A stretch of 57,139 nucleotides of DNA from a virus (IMGVR_UViG_3300047554_000764:1-57139); one strand, 5' to 3'. Numbered from the stretch's first letter, positions 26,704 through 35,305 are shown. Notes: a model not told the origin generated them from the sequence alone. Numbers and translations are program-made.

Positions 26704-26948
26704 TGGGAGCATTTTATTGTCCACATTGTGGCACAGCAAACGCATGTACATGTAAAACATGCAAACCTTACATAAAAGAAGGTGAATATGTCAATACTTG
26801 GACTGAAGATGGTGAAGCCATGATATGTGGTAAATGTTCTAAAGTTTACAGTCCAGATCAATCTCTTGATGAAGAGATGAAACAAAGAAATTTTCCCCTG
26901 CAAGGCGGAATGGATGCGAGTAATCAGGTAGGCGCTCCCCAAAACTAG
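26700..26948 (+). CDS. Cys-rich Zn-finger protein
   Basis: CPHCG..NACTCKTC...CGKC. Confidence 0.72.
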   Translation: MMGAFYCPHCGTANACTCKTCKPYIKEGEYVNTWTEDGEAMICGKCSKVYSPDQSLDEEMKQRNFPLQGGMDASNQVGAPQN

Positions 26949-27018
26949 TGAGGTAATGAGAGGCAAAACAATTGTCTGACACTAGCAAAATCGTGACAGC
27001 TTGGAAAGACAAGCAAAT

Positions 27019-27081
27019 AGTCAGGTAGCACCTTATTTGTGCGATATTGTAAAAATGCAGGTTTGATTCCTGTCCTGACTA
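27019..27081 (+). ncRNA. tRNA-like element lacking an anticodon arm
   Basis: AGTCAGG/CCTGACT acceptor, GCAC/GTGC D arm, 14-nt linker, GCAGG-TTTGATT-CCTGT T arm, A-CAA 3' end. Confidence 0.7.
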
Positions 27082-27133
27082 CAAGCGAGTATTCACCTGC
27101 GCTTAAGTGGTGAAATTTTTAAATCTAATTCAA

Positions 27134-27316
27134 ATGAAACAAGGAAAATTAGTTTGGGTGCTTGCTGAAGTAAGCGAGTACGAAAAGACTAACACTACAG
27201 AGGGTACTATCATTGTAGAACCTCAAGGAACAAAGGCATTGCCTTACTACGCTCCTATAGAGTTAGTCAAACAACTCACACAAGTTGAGATTGATGAATT
27301 ATCTTTGAAATTTTAA
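27134..27316 (+). CDS. Hypothetical protein between the two tRNA-like elements (likely start MKQGK)
   Basis: 60 aa part of track ORF 27107..27316. Confidence 0.62.
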   Translation: MKQGKLVWVLAEVSEYEKTNTTEGTIIVEPQGTKALPYYAPIELVKQLTQVEIDELSLKF

Positions 27317-27325
27317 ATAAAAATG

Positions 27326-27451
27326 AGTCAGGTGGCGGAATTGGTAGACGCATGAATAAAGGTTAATAGTAAGGATAACGCAGAGTAACCTTGAAAGACC
27401 CATAAGTATAGCTCATAAGTTATCATACAGGTTCAAATCCTGTCCTGATTA
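27326..27451 (+). ncRNA. tRNA-Leu-like element with anticodon/variable region replaced by an insert of about 70 nt
   Basis: AGTCAGG/CCTGATT acceptor, TGGCGGAATTGGTAGACGC Leu-type D arm, ACAGG-TTCAAAT-CCTGT T arm, A-CAA 3' end. Confidence 0.72.
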
Positions 27452-27511
27452 CAAATCAATAAACAATAAGTGGTAAAAATTGCCACATAATTTAAACCAA
27501 AATGTAAACCA

Positions 27512-27880
27512 ATGAAAACAGAAGCAAAGTACAAGTATCCTGTAGGAGACTTTTTAAGTGGTTTCTCAGAAGACCAGTTAAATCCATGTGATTATGAGTT
27601 AGAATGCCAGCGTATGGTAACGCGTGGTGTTGAGTATCTTGACAATAATCAACCTTTATGTGATAAGGTTAGTTTAGGAGGCGTAAAAGTTAATGATCCT
27701 ATTGTTAAACCATTGATTGATTACATGTGCCTTCATGAAGACAATCCTGAAGAAACAGGTGGACAAACAGGTGCAATGGTTGATCATTGTGTTAGAATTG
27801 CATTTGTTGCAAAAAAACTTGGATGGGATAGTTACATTGAAAAGATTTTAAAAATTAAAGAAGATGCAACACAAGACTAA
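27512..27880 (+). CDS. Hypothetical protein
   Basis: 122 aa. Confidence 0.75.
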   Translation: MKTEAKYKYPVGDFLSGFSEDQLNPCDYELECQRMVTRGVEYLDNNQPLCDKVSLGGVKVNDPIVKPLIDYMCLHEDNPEETGGQTGAMVDHCVRIAFVAKKLGWDSYIEKILKIKEDATQD

Positions 27881-28085
27881 ACTAAAACTAGCAGCTGTTC
27901 ATCAAATTTGTAATGTAACAGATAAGTCTACAGAATTTATGCTGCAGATAATGCAAGATATTTGTAAAGTAGATTTAGATATTTGTGTAAAGTATTTAGA
28001 ATTACCTGAAGAAGAACACAACGTTCTTTTTCAAGAAGTAAATGCTGTTGCTGAAACAATATGTGTAATTGATAACAACTTTTGA
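27864..28085 (+). CDS. Hypothetical protein
   Basis: 73 aa, overlapping operon gene. Confidence 0.68.
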   Translation: MQHKTKLKLAAVHQICNVTDKSTEFMLQIMQDICKVDLDICVKYLELPEEEHNVLFQEVNAVAETICVIDNNF

Positions 28086-28086
28086 T

Positions 28087-28476
28087 ATGAATATTGAAAA
28101 CTGGTTAAAAGATGTTTATTATGATGAGTTTGGTCAATACTTGTGGTCAAAACAAGATGCTGATGGTGGCTCCCAGATGATAGGAGAAATCAGAGGATGG
28201 GGAGCTTTGCAACATGAATTTAAAACTCCTGAAGAAGCAAGTGCGTTTCAAGATGAAGTAGGAAAATTTATTGCAGAAGCTATCAATGAAAAAGTAAAAA
28301 GAACTTTTCAATATCCTTTGACACCTTTTCAAACACATCCAGCAACATGTTGTGGCTTTGAAGGTTGTGACAGAAAGATAAATGAAGGCATTTTGCAAGT
28401 AGTTGACAATGAACTTGTATGTCCATGTGGTAAATACAAACAATCTTTAAATTTTAAAACATCAAGTAATGAATAA
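28087..28476 (+). CDS. Hypothetical protein with C-terminal Cys cluster (likely start MNIENW)
   Basis: EIRGWGALQ; HPATCC...C...CPCGKYKQ. Confidence 0.72.
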   Translation: MNIENWLKDVYYDEFGQYLWSKQDADGGSQMIGEIRGWGALQHEFKTPEEASAFQDEVGKFIAEAINEKVKRTFQYPLTPFQTHPATCCGFEGCDRKINEGILQVVDNELVCPCGKYKQSLNFKTSSNE

Positions 28477-28558
28477 TTATCCTAAATGGCTTGACAATCT
28501 TGTTTACTTTCTTGCAGGTATTGGATTTGGCCACATTTTGTTAAACATTTTACTATGA
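28469..28558 (+). CDS. 29-aa membrane micro-protein (not in track)
   Basis: MNNYPKWLDNLVYFLAGIGFGHILLNILL, overlapping both neighbours. Confidence 0.55.
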   Translation: MNNYPKWLDNLVYFLAGIGFGHILLNILL

Positions 28559-28776
28559 GTAGTACACATGATTTAAAAGCAAATGAGTTTCTTTTTGACC
28601 GACTCCTTAATAGTCCACAAAACTATGGTATCAATTACTTTAACAATGCATGTGTAGCATTTAAAAAAGTAGGAGATAAACTTACAGCTAATTCTGATGA
28701 CATGGAAAAAATTAAAATGATGGTTAGTAAAGAATATTTTGACAAAACCTTTATTCCTTTAGAAAATGGAAAATAA
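28555..28776 (+). CDS. Hypothetical protein
   Basis: 73 aa. Confidence 0.68.
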   Translation: MSSTHDLKANEFLFDRLLNSPQNYGINYFNNACVAFKKVGDKLTANSDDMEKIKMMVSKEYFDKTFIPLENGK

Positions 28777-29170
28777 ACAAATAGTTTACAACTCTGTGAT
28801 TTGTCAAGAGTGTAATGAAACAATTGTTAGCTACCATAGACATGACTATAAGACTTGTTCTTGCCCTAACAAAGCAATGGTAGATGGTGGAACAGCTTAT
28901 CTTAGATATGGTGCTAAAAATATGAGCAATATTAAAATTCACGCAGTGTATGCTGATGATGATTTTGAAATTGTGCGTAAATACGCCACACGTGGTGGTA
29001 GAGGTAAAGATGGCAAACAACCATTATCGTGGATTGCGATATGCGATATGACAGATGAACATCTTGAAGCAGTTCTTGATTATGGTGGTGCTGATTGGCA
29101 TTTAGATCTTATTAAAAAAGAAATTCAATACAGAAAAGACCATGGAATCACAATTAAAGACACTGAGTAA
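28766..29170 (+). CDS. Conserved phage Zn-binding protein
   Basis: CQEC...S.HRHDY..CSC....VDGG..YLR motif. Confidence 0.8.
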   Translation: MENKQIVYNSVICQECNETIVSYHRHDYKTCSCPNKAMVDGGTAYLRYGAKNMSNIKIHAVYADDDFEIVRKYATRGGRGKDGKQPLSWIAICDMTDEHLEAVLDYGGADWHLDLIKKEIQYRKDHGITIKDTE

Positions 29171-29471
29171 TCAGCATGTAGCAACTGCTCTTGCTATGGT
29201 TGGCATTGGTGTAAAAGAAAATATTGCTGGATTAATTCAAGACACTATTCATTCATTAATTGAAATGGGTGATCAATTTGATTTAATGACAGCATCCAAA
29301 CTTGTTGTAAAACATAAGTTTGAACCTGACAATACCCTTACAAAACTTAAAGCACAGTATGCTGTTTTAAGTGAATTGTATGATCCTAAAAGTAATCATA
29401 AAACTCAAAGAAAAATGGGTAACATGATTGATGAACTTTTAAAACAGATTGAATCTTATAAAATTTCATAG
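29142..29471 (+). CDS. Hypothetical protein
   Basis: 109 aa; ends in TAG. Confidence 0.7.
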   Translation: MESQLKTLSNQHVATALAMVGIGVKENIAGLIQDTIHSLIEMGDQFDLMTASKLVVKHKFEPDNTLTKLKAQYAVLSELYDPKSNHKTQRKMGNMIDELLKQIESYKIS

Positions 29472-29473
29472 TT

Positions 29474-30037
29474 ATGGAACCACATGATGAAGGTGAATAC
29501 ATGTACATGATGCAAGCTGAAGCATACAAATATGCTTTATGGAGTGAAGAATCTGCTAGAGGTTATGCAGAAGCTGAATACAATCTGAATAGTTATAGTT
29601 CTCAAATAGCTGAAGAACTTGCTAATTTAGAAGCTGGCATGGAGTCTGTAAAAAGAAACATTGATTACTATCAAAACATTTATGACAATTTAGAAGTATC
29701 TCACAATAATCTTAAAGGTATTGTAGTTCCTTCATTTAGACAGGTAAAGATTCCTGTAGGTTATGAAACATATATGTCTGATTCAGATTCTCTAAAGGTA
29801 TTATTAGACAAAGCAATTGTAGAAGCATATCGTTCACATTCCTATCATTCTGATAGTGAATTTACAATTATGTGTAATCCTGATACTTTCAGACAACTCA
29901 TGTCAGATGTTATGGGCAAACCTGTTCATTCTTCAGAATCAATAATTGAAATGAAAGCTGAAGGTAAAATTTTATACAAAGGAATGAGAGTATATAGAAG
30001 TTATGACATTCCTGAAAACAAATTTATTGTAAAATAA
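29474..30037 (+). CDS. Hypothetical protein
   Basis: 187 aa with a coiled-coil segment. Confidence 0.75.
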   Translation: MEPHDEGEYMYMMQAEAYKYALWSEESARGYAEAEYNLNSYSSQIAEELANLEAGMESVKRNIDYYQNIYDNLEVSHNNLKGIVVPSFRQVKIPVGYETYMSDSDSLKVLLDKAIVEAYRSHSYHSDSEFTIMCNPDTFRQLMSDVMGKPVHSSESIIEMKAEGKILYKGMRVYRSYDIPENKFIVK

Positions 30038-30038
30038 C

Positions 30039-30485
30039 ATGAAAAAAATATTAATTGGTCACGTAGGAGTTGATTCAGGTCAGCTCCTAATGTGTGATCC
30101 ATGCTACATTGATTCTCAATGGGAAAAAGAAGATTTTGAAGACATCAGAATCTTTAAGAATAAAACAACTGGTAAAACATTACAGTACAGAAAAGATTTT
30201 CCAAACTTTGCAGAAGTCATTCCAGAATATGGAGTTGATATGAATGAGTTACTTAAAACAGGTGACTGGGAGCAAGAAGAAAACTTTGAAACTGAACACA
30301 ATTTTAGCTACAATTCATGTTGTAAAGCAACCTTGTCAGAAAAAGGACATGGTCAATTAAATTATAATATGGGTCATCCTGGTGTAGGAGTAGCTTTTTC
30401 TACCGCATTTGGCGATGGTATCTATCCTGTGTACGCAGTTTATAGTGCTGCAGGAGTATTGAAATCAGTAACAGTAGAATTTTAA
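30039..30485 (+). CDS. DUF4241-like protein
   Basis: GVDSGQLLMCDPCY...STAFGDGIYPV. Confidence 0.7.
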   Translation: MKKILIGHVGVDSGQLLMCDPCYIDSQWEKEDFEDIRIFKNKTTGKTLQYRKDFPNFAEVIPEYGVDMNELLKTGDWEQEENFETEHNFSYNSCCKATLSEKGHGQLNYNMGHPGVGVAFSTAFGDGIYPVYAVYSAAGVLKSVTVEF

Positions 30486-30490
30486 AAATC

Positions 30491-30742
30491 ATGAGTAAAT
30501 TAAAAATAACCAAGAAACCATTTAGTGAAACTAAGTATTACAGTGGCACTTACACAACAGATGTATCATTATGGGAAGATGAGTATCAGGAAGAGTCATA
30601 TGACTTTACTGTTGCCGTTAACCATGATAATGATAATCAGAATTGTGAAATCACAGAAATAACATGGGTAGAAGAAATTCCACGCGATGTTGATTCTGCA
30701 GAAGACAAAATTAACAGTGAATTTTTTGATTTAATTAATTAG
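30491..30742 (+). CDS. Acidic hypothetical protein
   Basis: 83 aa. Confidence 0.72.
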   Translation: MSKLKITKKPFSETKYYSGTYTTDVSLWEDEYQEESYDFTVAVNHDNDNQNCEITEITWVEEIPRDVDSAEDKINSEFFDLIN

Positions 30743-30744
30743 TT

Positions 30745-30981
30745 ATGAGTGAACAACCAAATCGTAGAAGCTTAAGTGGAGTTTACATATTCCATAAGTT
30801 TGACAATGAAGAAAAGCGTGCACCAACATGCTTTGAAGACTGCCCAGAAGAAAAACAAGATGAATGGTTAAATTCACTTGATCCTGAAGCAGTTAAAAAC
30901 TTGGCTAAACACCTTGCCAATACTCTTAGAAAAATAGGTGATCATTTTGATATAACAACTCAAGAAGATGAGCATGAATAA
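30745..30981 (+). CDS. Hypothetical protein
   Basis: 78 aa; R.LSGVY...CFEDCPEEKQ. Confidence 0.72.
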   Translation: MSEQPNRRSLSGVYIFHKFDNEEKRAPTCFEDCPEEKQDEWLNSLDPEAVKNLAKHLANTLRKIGDHFDITTQEDEHE

Positions 30982-31297
30982 TTTACCAATTGATGAGTTT
31001 TTAGAAAAAATAGACTCACCAGTGCAACAAACTTTAGTAGAACAAAAGTATCAGTTTTCACATCCATATGAAGATGAGAAAGGTGTTAAAAAACACACAG
31101 CTGTTTACTTAGAAATGGATGTATTACGCAAAACATTTAAAGTTATTCCAGGAGATGGAAGAACTGAATTTGGTTTTGTTACTGGTTCTCACAAGTATAA
31201 CTTATGGCGTGCTACTACACGTTGTATTTCTGCAGCTATTGAGTTTGCAGTTGAAACATTAAATCTTGAAAGCGATGAGTCATCCTTTACATCATAG
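30968..31297 (+). CDS. Hypothetical protein
   Basis: 109 aa. Confidence 0.7.
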   Translation: MSMNNLPIDEFLEKIDSPVQQTLVEQKYQFSHPYEDEKGVKKHTAVYLEMDVLRKTFKVIPGDGRTEFGFVTGSHKYNLWRATTRCISAAIEFAVETLNLESDESSFTS

Positions 31298-31673
31298 TAT
31301 TTCAAGCCAGAAAAAATGGGGTGGGCATGTAGATGACTACTTGCCTATCCACAACTGGTTTGATGAAACTAAAATGCATTACCCAGACATGCGTCATAGG
31401 GCATTGCGTCACCACTCAGAAGGTATCTTCTGGTGTGAGCAACAATTTGGCACATATATCACTAACTCTGAAGGACGTATGGTTCCTGTAAGAGCAATTG
31501 GTGAACAACATTGTATGGAAGACCTTGGTTGGATTCCAACAATTAAAGATTACCTGGACAACATGGAAGTAAAAGGCTGGATGTTTAAACCAGGTGAAGG
31601 ACGTAAAATGTTAAAAGAAATGTCAAAAGACAAATCAGATTTTGTTAAACAAGAAAACGCACAATTACCATGA
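31275..31673 (+). CDS. DUF6915-like His-rich protein (start MSHPLHH)
   Basis: HP..H..SS.KKWGG..DDY..IH.WFD.TK...D.RHRALRHH.EGIF...EQH..EDLG.IP. Confidence 0.78.
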   Translation: MSHPLHHSISSQKKWGGHVDDYLPIHNWFDETKMHYPDMRHRALRHHSEGIFWCEQQFGTYITNSEGRMVPVRAIGEQHCMEDLGWIPTIKDYLDNMEVKGWMFKPGEGRKMLKEMSKDKSDFVKQENAQLP

Positions 31674-32347
31674 GTAAAGAAAAAGATTTATCAATCAAAG
31701 AAATTCTTGATTGGTGTATGAAAAAACATGAAGAAGGTTCTGAAATTATCCTGAAATGGGATGGTGGAGGAGATTCTGGATGGGTTCATCTAGAAGTAGA
31801 TGGAGAAGACAGTAATGATCCTGAAGCAGAAAGATTAATTGACATGATGTATGAACAACTTGATTATGGATCATGGGCTGGTGAATTCTCTGCATCTGGT
31901 GAAGCACCATTTGATGCTGATACAAAAATGTTTCAAGGTACTGACTATTATACTGAAACTGATACAACAAGTGCAAAATGCAATATTGAAATCAGAATTC
32001 CTAAGTACATTCATTTTGATGAATTAGAAATTCATACAGAAGATGAAAATTGTCATACAACATGTACATTTGGAATCAGAAATGGTTTTGACCATCCTGA
32101 AGCTGAAGATTTTTGCAAAAAATTAGCAGAACAGTTACAAGAACAATTTGTCGCTGCTGCAGAAGCTGATGCTGATGATGCAGATGACATTGATGGTTTC
32201 TGGGAAACTTATTCATTGTTTAGAGATTCAGATTTTACAGTTGATGGTGATTATTTAGTTCATACTATGACTAGCATTGAATATTCACAACGCACAACTT
32301 CTGAGAATTATGTTGAAATCAATCTTGAAGAACTTTTAGAAGACTAA
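31670..32347 (+). CDS. DUF6878-like acidic protein
   Basis: WDGGGDSG motif; very acidic; ATGA-coupled to the DUF6915-like gene. Confidence 0.62.
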   Translation: MSKEKDLSIKEILDWCMKKHEEGSEIILKWDGGGDSGWVHLEVDGEDSNDPEAERLIDMMYEQLDYGSWAGEFSASGEAPFDADTKMFQGTDYYTETDTTSAKCNIEIRIPKYIHFDELEIHTEDENCHTTCTFGIRNGFDHPEAEDFCKKLAEQLQEQFVAAAEADADDADDIDGFWETYSLFRDSDFTVDGDYLVHTMTSIEYSQRTTSENYVEINLEELLED

Positions 32348-32358
32348 ATTAAAATAAC

Positions 32359-33060
32359 ATGAACAATTATAAAGAACTTAAATATACAGTAGAAAACCAA
32401 CCAGGTGTTTCTTTTGAAGATGCTCTTGTTATTTGGAAAACAACATACAAAAGTTTTGATGACTTCTATAAGAATGTGATCAGATTTGATTCTATGCAAG
32501 AGTTTGGAGATTTTTGTGCTTCTTTATGGAATGATATAAAACCAGCTACTGCTCAAGATGCTTTTGCAAAAGAAAATCTTGAATTACGTAGATTGTACTT
32601 CAAAGCTATTGGAATAGAAAAAATGTTCCAGGAACTTGAACCAACTCTTGTACATGAAGAAACTATTGTGTTTAACAATGCAGTATGGAATGAATCAGAC
32701 ACAAGTATAGATGTTAAAATCATTCATGATAAGTATGAATTATACTTGATTAAAGGTGACAAACTGTTTCCAGAAGAAAAATCAGATTGGCGTAGAGCAA
32801 ATGCAGATATTTATGCAGTGCGTTGTTGGTGTACAACAACAGGGCGTGAATATTGGATTTATGTACCAAGGCATATTGGAGAAAAGAAAGACGCAATTGA
32901 AGCAATTGCGTGGACTTTTCAATTAAATATTTCTGAACCTAAAGCATTGTATCGTCAAGGTGATATCATACTTGCTGAAAGTAGCGAATCCTCAAGTGTT
33001 GTACGTCCTTATCATTTAGATAGAGAAACATATTTAAAACTTTTAAAATCACAATCATGA
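32359..33060 (+). CDS. DUF6745-like protein with C-terminal RQGD
   Basis: N.E.RR.....IG.EK, C.CTTTGREYW..VP, A.EAIAWTF, YRQGDII. Confidence 0.65.
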   Translation: MNNYKELKYTVENQPGVSFEDALVIWKTTYKSFDDFYKNVIRFDSMQEFGDFCASLWNDIKPATAQDAFAKENLELRRLYFKAIGIEKMFQELEPTLVHEETIVFNNAVWNESDTSIDVKIIHDKYELYLIKGDKLFPEEKSDWRRANADIYAVRCWCTTTGREYWIYVPRHIGEKKDAIEAIAWTFQLNISEPKALYRQGDIILAESSESSSVVRPYHLDRETYLKLLKSQS

Positions 33061-33305
33061 GTTGTAAAACAAACTGTCACAACTGTGTTTTCTCAAAAAG
33101 TAACTCATATGTGAACTCTGCTCATATCCAATGCACCAGATACTGGTCATATTATAAAAAGCGTAAAGACGCTCATCCAAAAGGTTTAGAACATGCAATC
33201 AAAAATGGATGGTGGGATTTCCCTTATGATTATGATCCTGTATGGATGCAAGAAGATTGTCCAGAGTATAAAGAAAAACAACCTGTACCAGAATCAAATT
33301 TGTAA
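33057..33305 (+). CDS. Cys-rich hypothetical protein
   Basis: C..C...HIQC...HAIKNGWWDFP..YDPVW...C. Confidence 0.72.
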   Translation: MSCKTNCHNCVFSKSNSYVNSAHIQCTRYWSYYKKRKDAHPKGLEHAIKNGWWDFPYDYDPVWMQEDCPEYKEKQPVPESNL

Positions 33306-33307
33306 TT

Positions 33308-33559
33308 ATGGAAGCTAAAACAGCAAAACGCGTAGTACTTGCTACTGGTGAGGGTGCAAACACTCATGCCATAAATAGCAAAACTCCCATTGAATACACT
33401 GATATGGGAAATCAGACAATTAAACTTACTGTAAAAGAACAGTCTGTTATAACACACGAAGAACATGGTACAATCATGTTATTACCAGGTGTTTATTATA
33501 AGACAAATCAAGTGGAATTTAATCCATTTAACAACACAGTTTCTTATGTTTTTGACTAA
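33308..33559 (+). CDS. Small beta-rich protein typical of DUF6745 neighbourhoods
   Basis: LATGE...H, ITHEEHG.I.L.PG.Y...Q.EFNPF. Confidence 0.7.
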   Translation: MEAKTAKRVVLATGEGANTHAINSKTPIEYTDMGNQTIKLTVKEQSVITHEEHGTIMLLPGVYYKTNQVEFNPFNNTVSYVFD

Positions 33560-33622
33560 GAATCTGTAACTTTATTACAAATTAATAGGCTTGAGGTCAC
33601 ATTTTGTGACTTCAAGTTCTAT

Positions 33623-33653
33623 TTTGTGATGTAAATCTTTTTTTGTAATATTG
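33623..33653 (+). promoter_or_regulatory. Bacteroidota-type promoter preceded by a palindrome
   Basis: TTTG-N19-TAATATTG; CTTGAGGTCACA/TGTGACTTCAAG at 33590-33616. Confidence 0.5.
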
Positions 33654-33671
33654 CCTATTAAACAATTCAAA

Positions 33672-33914
33672 ATGAGCAATTACAGGATTCCAGAACCATT
33701 GTTAATTACTGTGAAACATCATGGTAAAACATTTACTGCAGAACTCCCTTGGGATTCATCTTTAGATGATGTTTTTGAAACCATAACAGGATTGCTTGTT
33801 TTAGACGGTTGGAGTGAGAGTTCTGTTCATGATCATATTATTGAATATGGTCAAGAACTAGAAGAGTATAAAAATTATTCAAAAAACAAAGATGAAGACA
33901 GCCCTTTACCTTGA
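33672..33914 (+). CDS. Hypothetical protein (likely start MSNYRIP)
   Basis: 80 aa. Confidence 0.68.
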   Translation: MSNYRIPEPLLITVKHHGKTFTAELPWDSSLDDVFETITGLLVLDGWSESSVHDHIIEYGQELEEYKNYSKNKDEDSPLP

Positions 33915-34341
33915 CGATGTCAGAACACCAATAGAAACTTTAGAAGGATATAAACCATGGTCATTAGTAAGAAATTATGAAGAGTTTGTTCAGCATATTG
34001 AACTTAACGGTATTCCTGATCTCATCTCTTTTGATCATGATCTTGCTGATGAGCATATGGCTGATTATTGGGATAAGCAAGCACGCGGGATTAAGACCAT
34101 ATCTTATGACAACTTTAAAGAAAAGACTGGTGTTGACTGTCTTAATTGGCTCATTGAGCATGTCCTTCAGTACAACAAGGATGAGGTATCTCCCTTTACT
34201 GTTTGGGTACATTCTCATAATCCTATGGGCGCTAAAAACATTCTTGTAAAAGCATCAAACTTTATGAGGCATATGGGTTGGAAACCTCAAGTGCAATTTG
34301 CACGCCCAAAATTTATTATTGAAACCAAAATTGAAGAATAA
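33892..34341 (+). CDS. Cyclic-phosphate-processing receiver-like domain protein
   Basis: LYLDDVR.P, ISFDHDL, TG.D...WL, VHS.NP.G motifs. Confidence 0.78.
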   Translation: MKTALYLDDVRTPIETLEGYKPWSLVRNYEEFVQHIELNGIPDLISFDHDLADEHMADYWDKQARGIKTISYDNFKEKTGVDCLNWLIEHVLQYNKDEVSPFTVWVHSHNPMGAKNILVKASNFMRHMGWKPQVQFARPKFIIETKIEE

Positions 34342-34353
34342 AACAAAAAAACC

Positions 34354-34776
34354 ATGAAAGTTAAAATTAAACGTTTACACAAGGATGCAGTAGTTCCCGT
34401 TTATGCTAAACCTGGAGATGCTGGATTAGATCTAGTTGCCACAAGCGTTATTAGCTTTGATAAAGAGCAAGTTACTTATGGAACTGGTATTGCAGTTGAA
34501 ATTCCTGAAGGATTTGTAGGTCTAGTATTTCCTCGCAGTTCAATTCGCAAGTATGAGCAATACTTAAGCAATTCAGTTGGAGTAATTGATTCAGGTTATC
34601 GTGGAGAAATTCAAGCAACTTTTAACTCACGTTATTATGCTGATGTAAAATATCAAGTGGGTGATAAGATTGCACAATTATTAATCTTACCTTATCCTTC
34701 TATTGAATTTGAAGAAACAGATGAACTATCTTCTACAGAACGTGGAGATGGAGGATTTGGTTCAACAGGAAATTAA
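34354..34776 (+). CDS. dut: dUTPase
   Basis: AGLDL, PRSS, GVIDSGYRGEI, RGDGGFGSTG. Confidence 0.96.
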   Translation: MKVKIKRLHKDAVVPVYAKPGDAGLDLVATSVISFDKEQVTYGTGIAVEIPEGFVGLVFPRSSIRKYEQYLSNSVGVIDSGYRGEIQATFNSRYYADVKYQVGDKIAQLLILPYPSIEFEETDELSSTERGDGGFGSTGN

Positions 34777-34925
34777 TGACAATTAAACTATTTATATTGT
34801 TTGATTCCAAGAAGTTTGGTGTAGGTGCTTTCCATGAAAAGTTAGCACTTACAGCCAACTTTAAACATAAATTGTATATACATTTTTTATGGTTTGAAAT
34901 TGGATTCAAACTTTTCAGTAACTAA
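34776..34925 (+). CDS. 49-aa hypothetical protein (not in track)
   Basis: TAATG-coupled to dut; MTIKLFILFDSKKFGVGAF... Confidence 0.5.
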   Translation: MTIKLFILFDSKKFGVGAFHEKLALTANFKHKLYIHFLWFEIGFKLFSN

Positions 34926-34936
34926 AACTTTTGATT

Positions 34937-35305
34937 ATGGATATAAACAAAAGTAGTGGACAAGTAGAAATAGTAAGCCCTTATGGTAGAATCTATTTAT
35001 ACACCCACAAAACTGCACATACACTTGTTAGTGAAGTGCATGACGCAATGCAACAGCGTAAAAGATGGGATGATCCTGATTATCTTTCAAAGATGATTTT
35101 TTGCAGGATGATGCCATTAGAATGTTGGCAAGAAGAAACAGGTTTTGGAATTGGTACTCAACTATACGCAGATGTAAATTTGCTAATTACAGTTGACACA
35201 GTAAAACAACAAATTTCAATACAATCTGCTGAAGACAAGTTTGATAAAATTCAATTATCTTTTGAAGATTTTGTTGGTTCATATACTGATCACGCAAACT
35301 TGTAA
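34937..35305 (+). CDS. Conserved phage hypothetical protein
   Basis: IYLYTH...RWDDPDYLSKMIF...GFGI. Confidence 0.78.
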   Translation: MDINKSSGQVEIVSPYGRIYLYTHKTAHTLVSEVHDAMQQRKRWDDPDYLSKMIFCRMMPLECWQEETGFGIGTQLYADVNLLITVDTVKQQISIQSAEDKFDKIQLSFEDFVGSYTDHANL

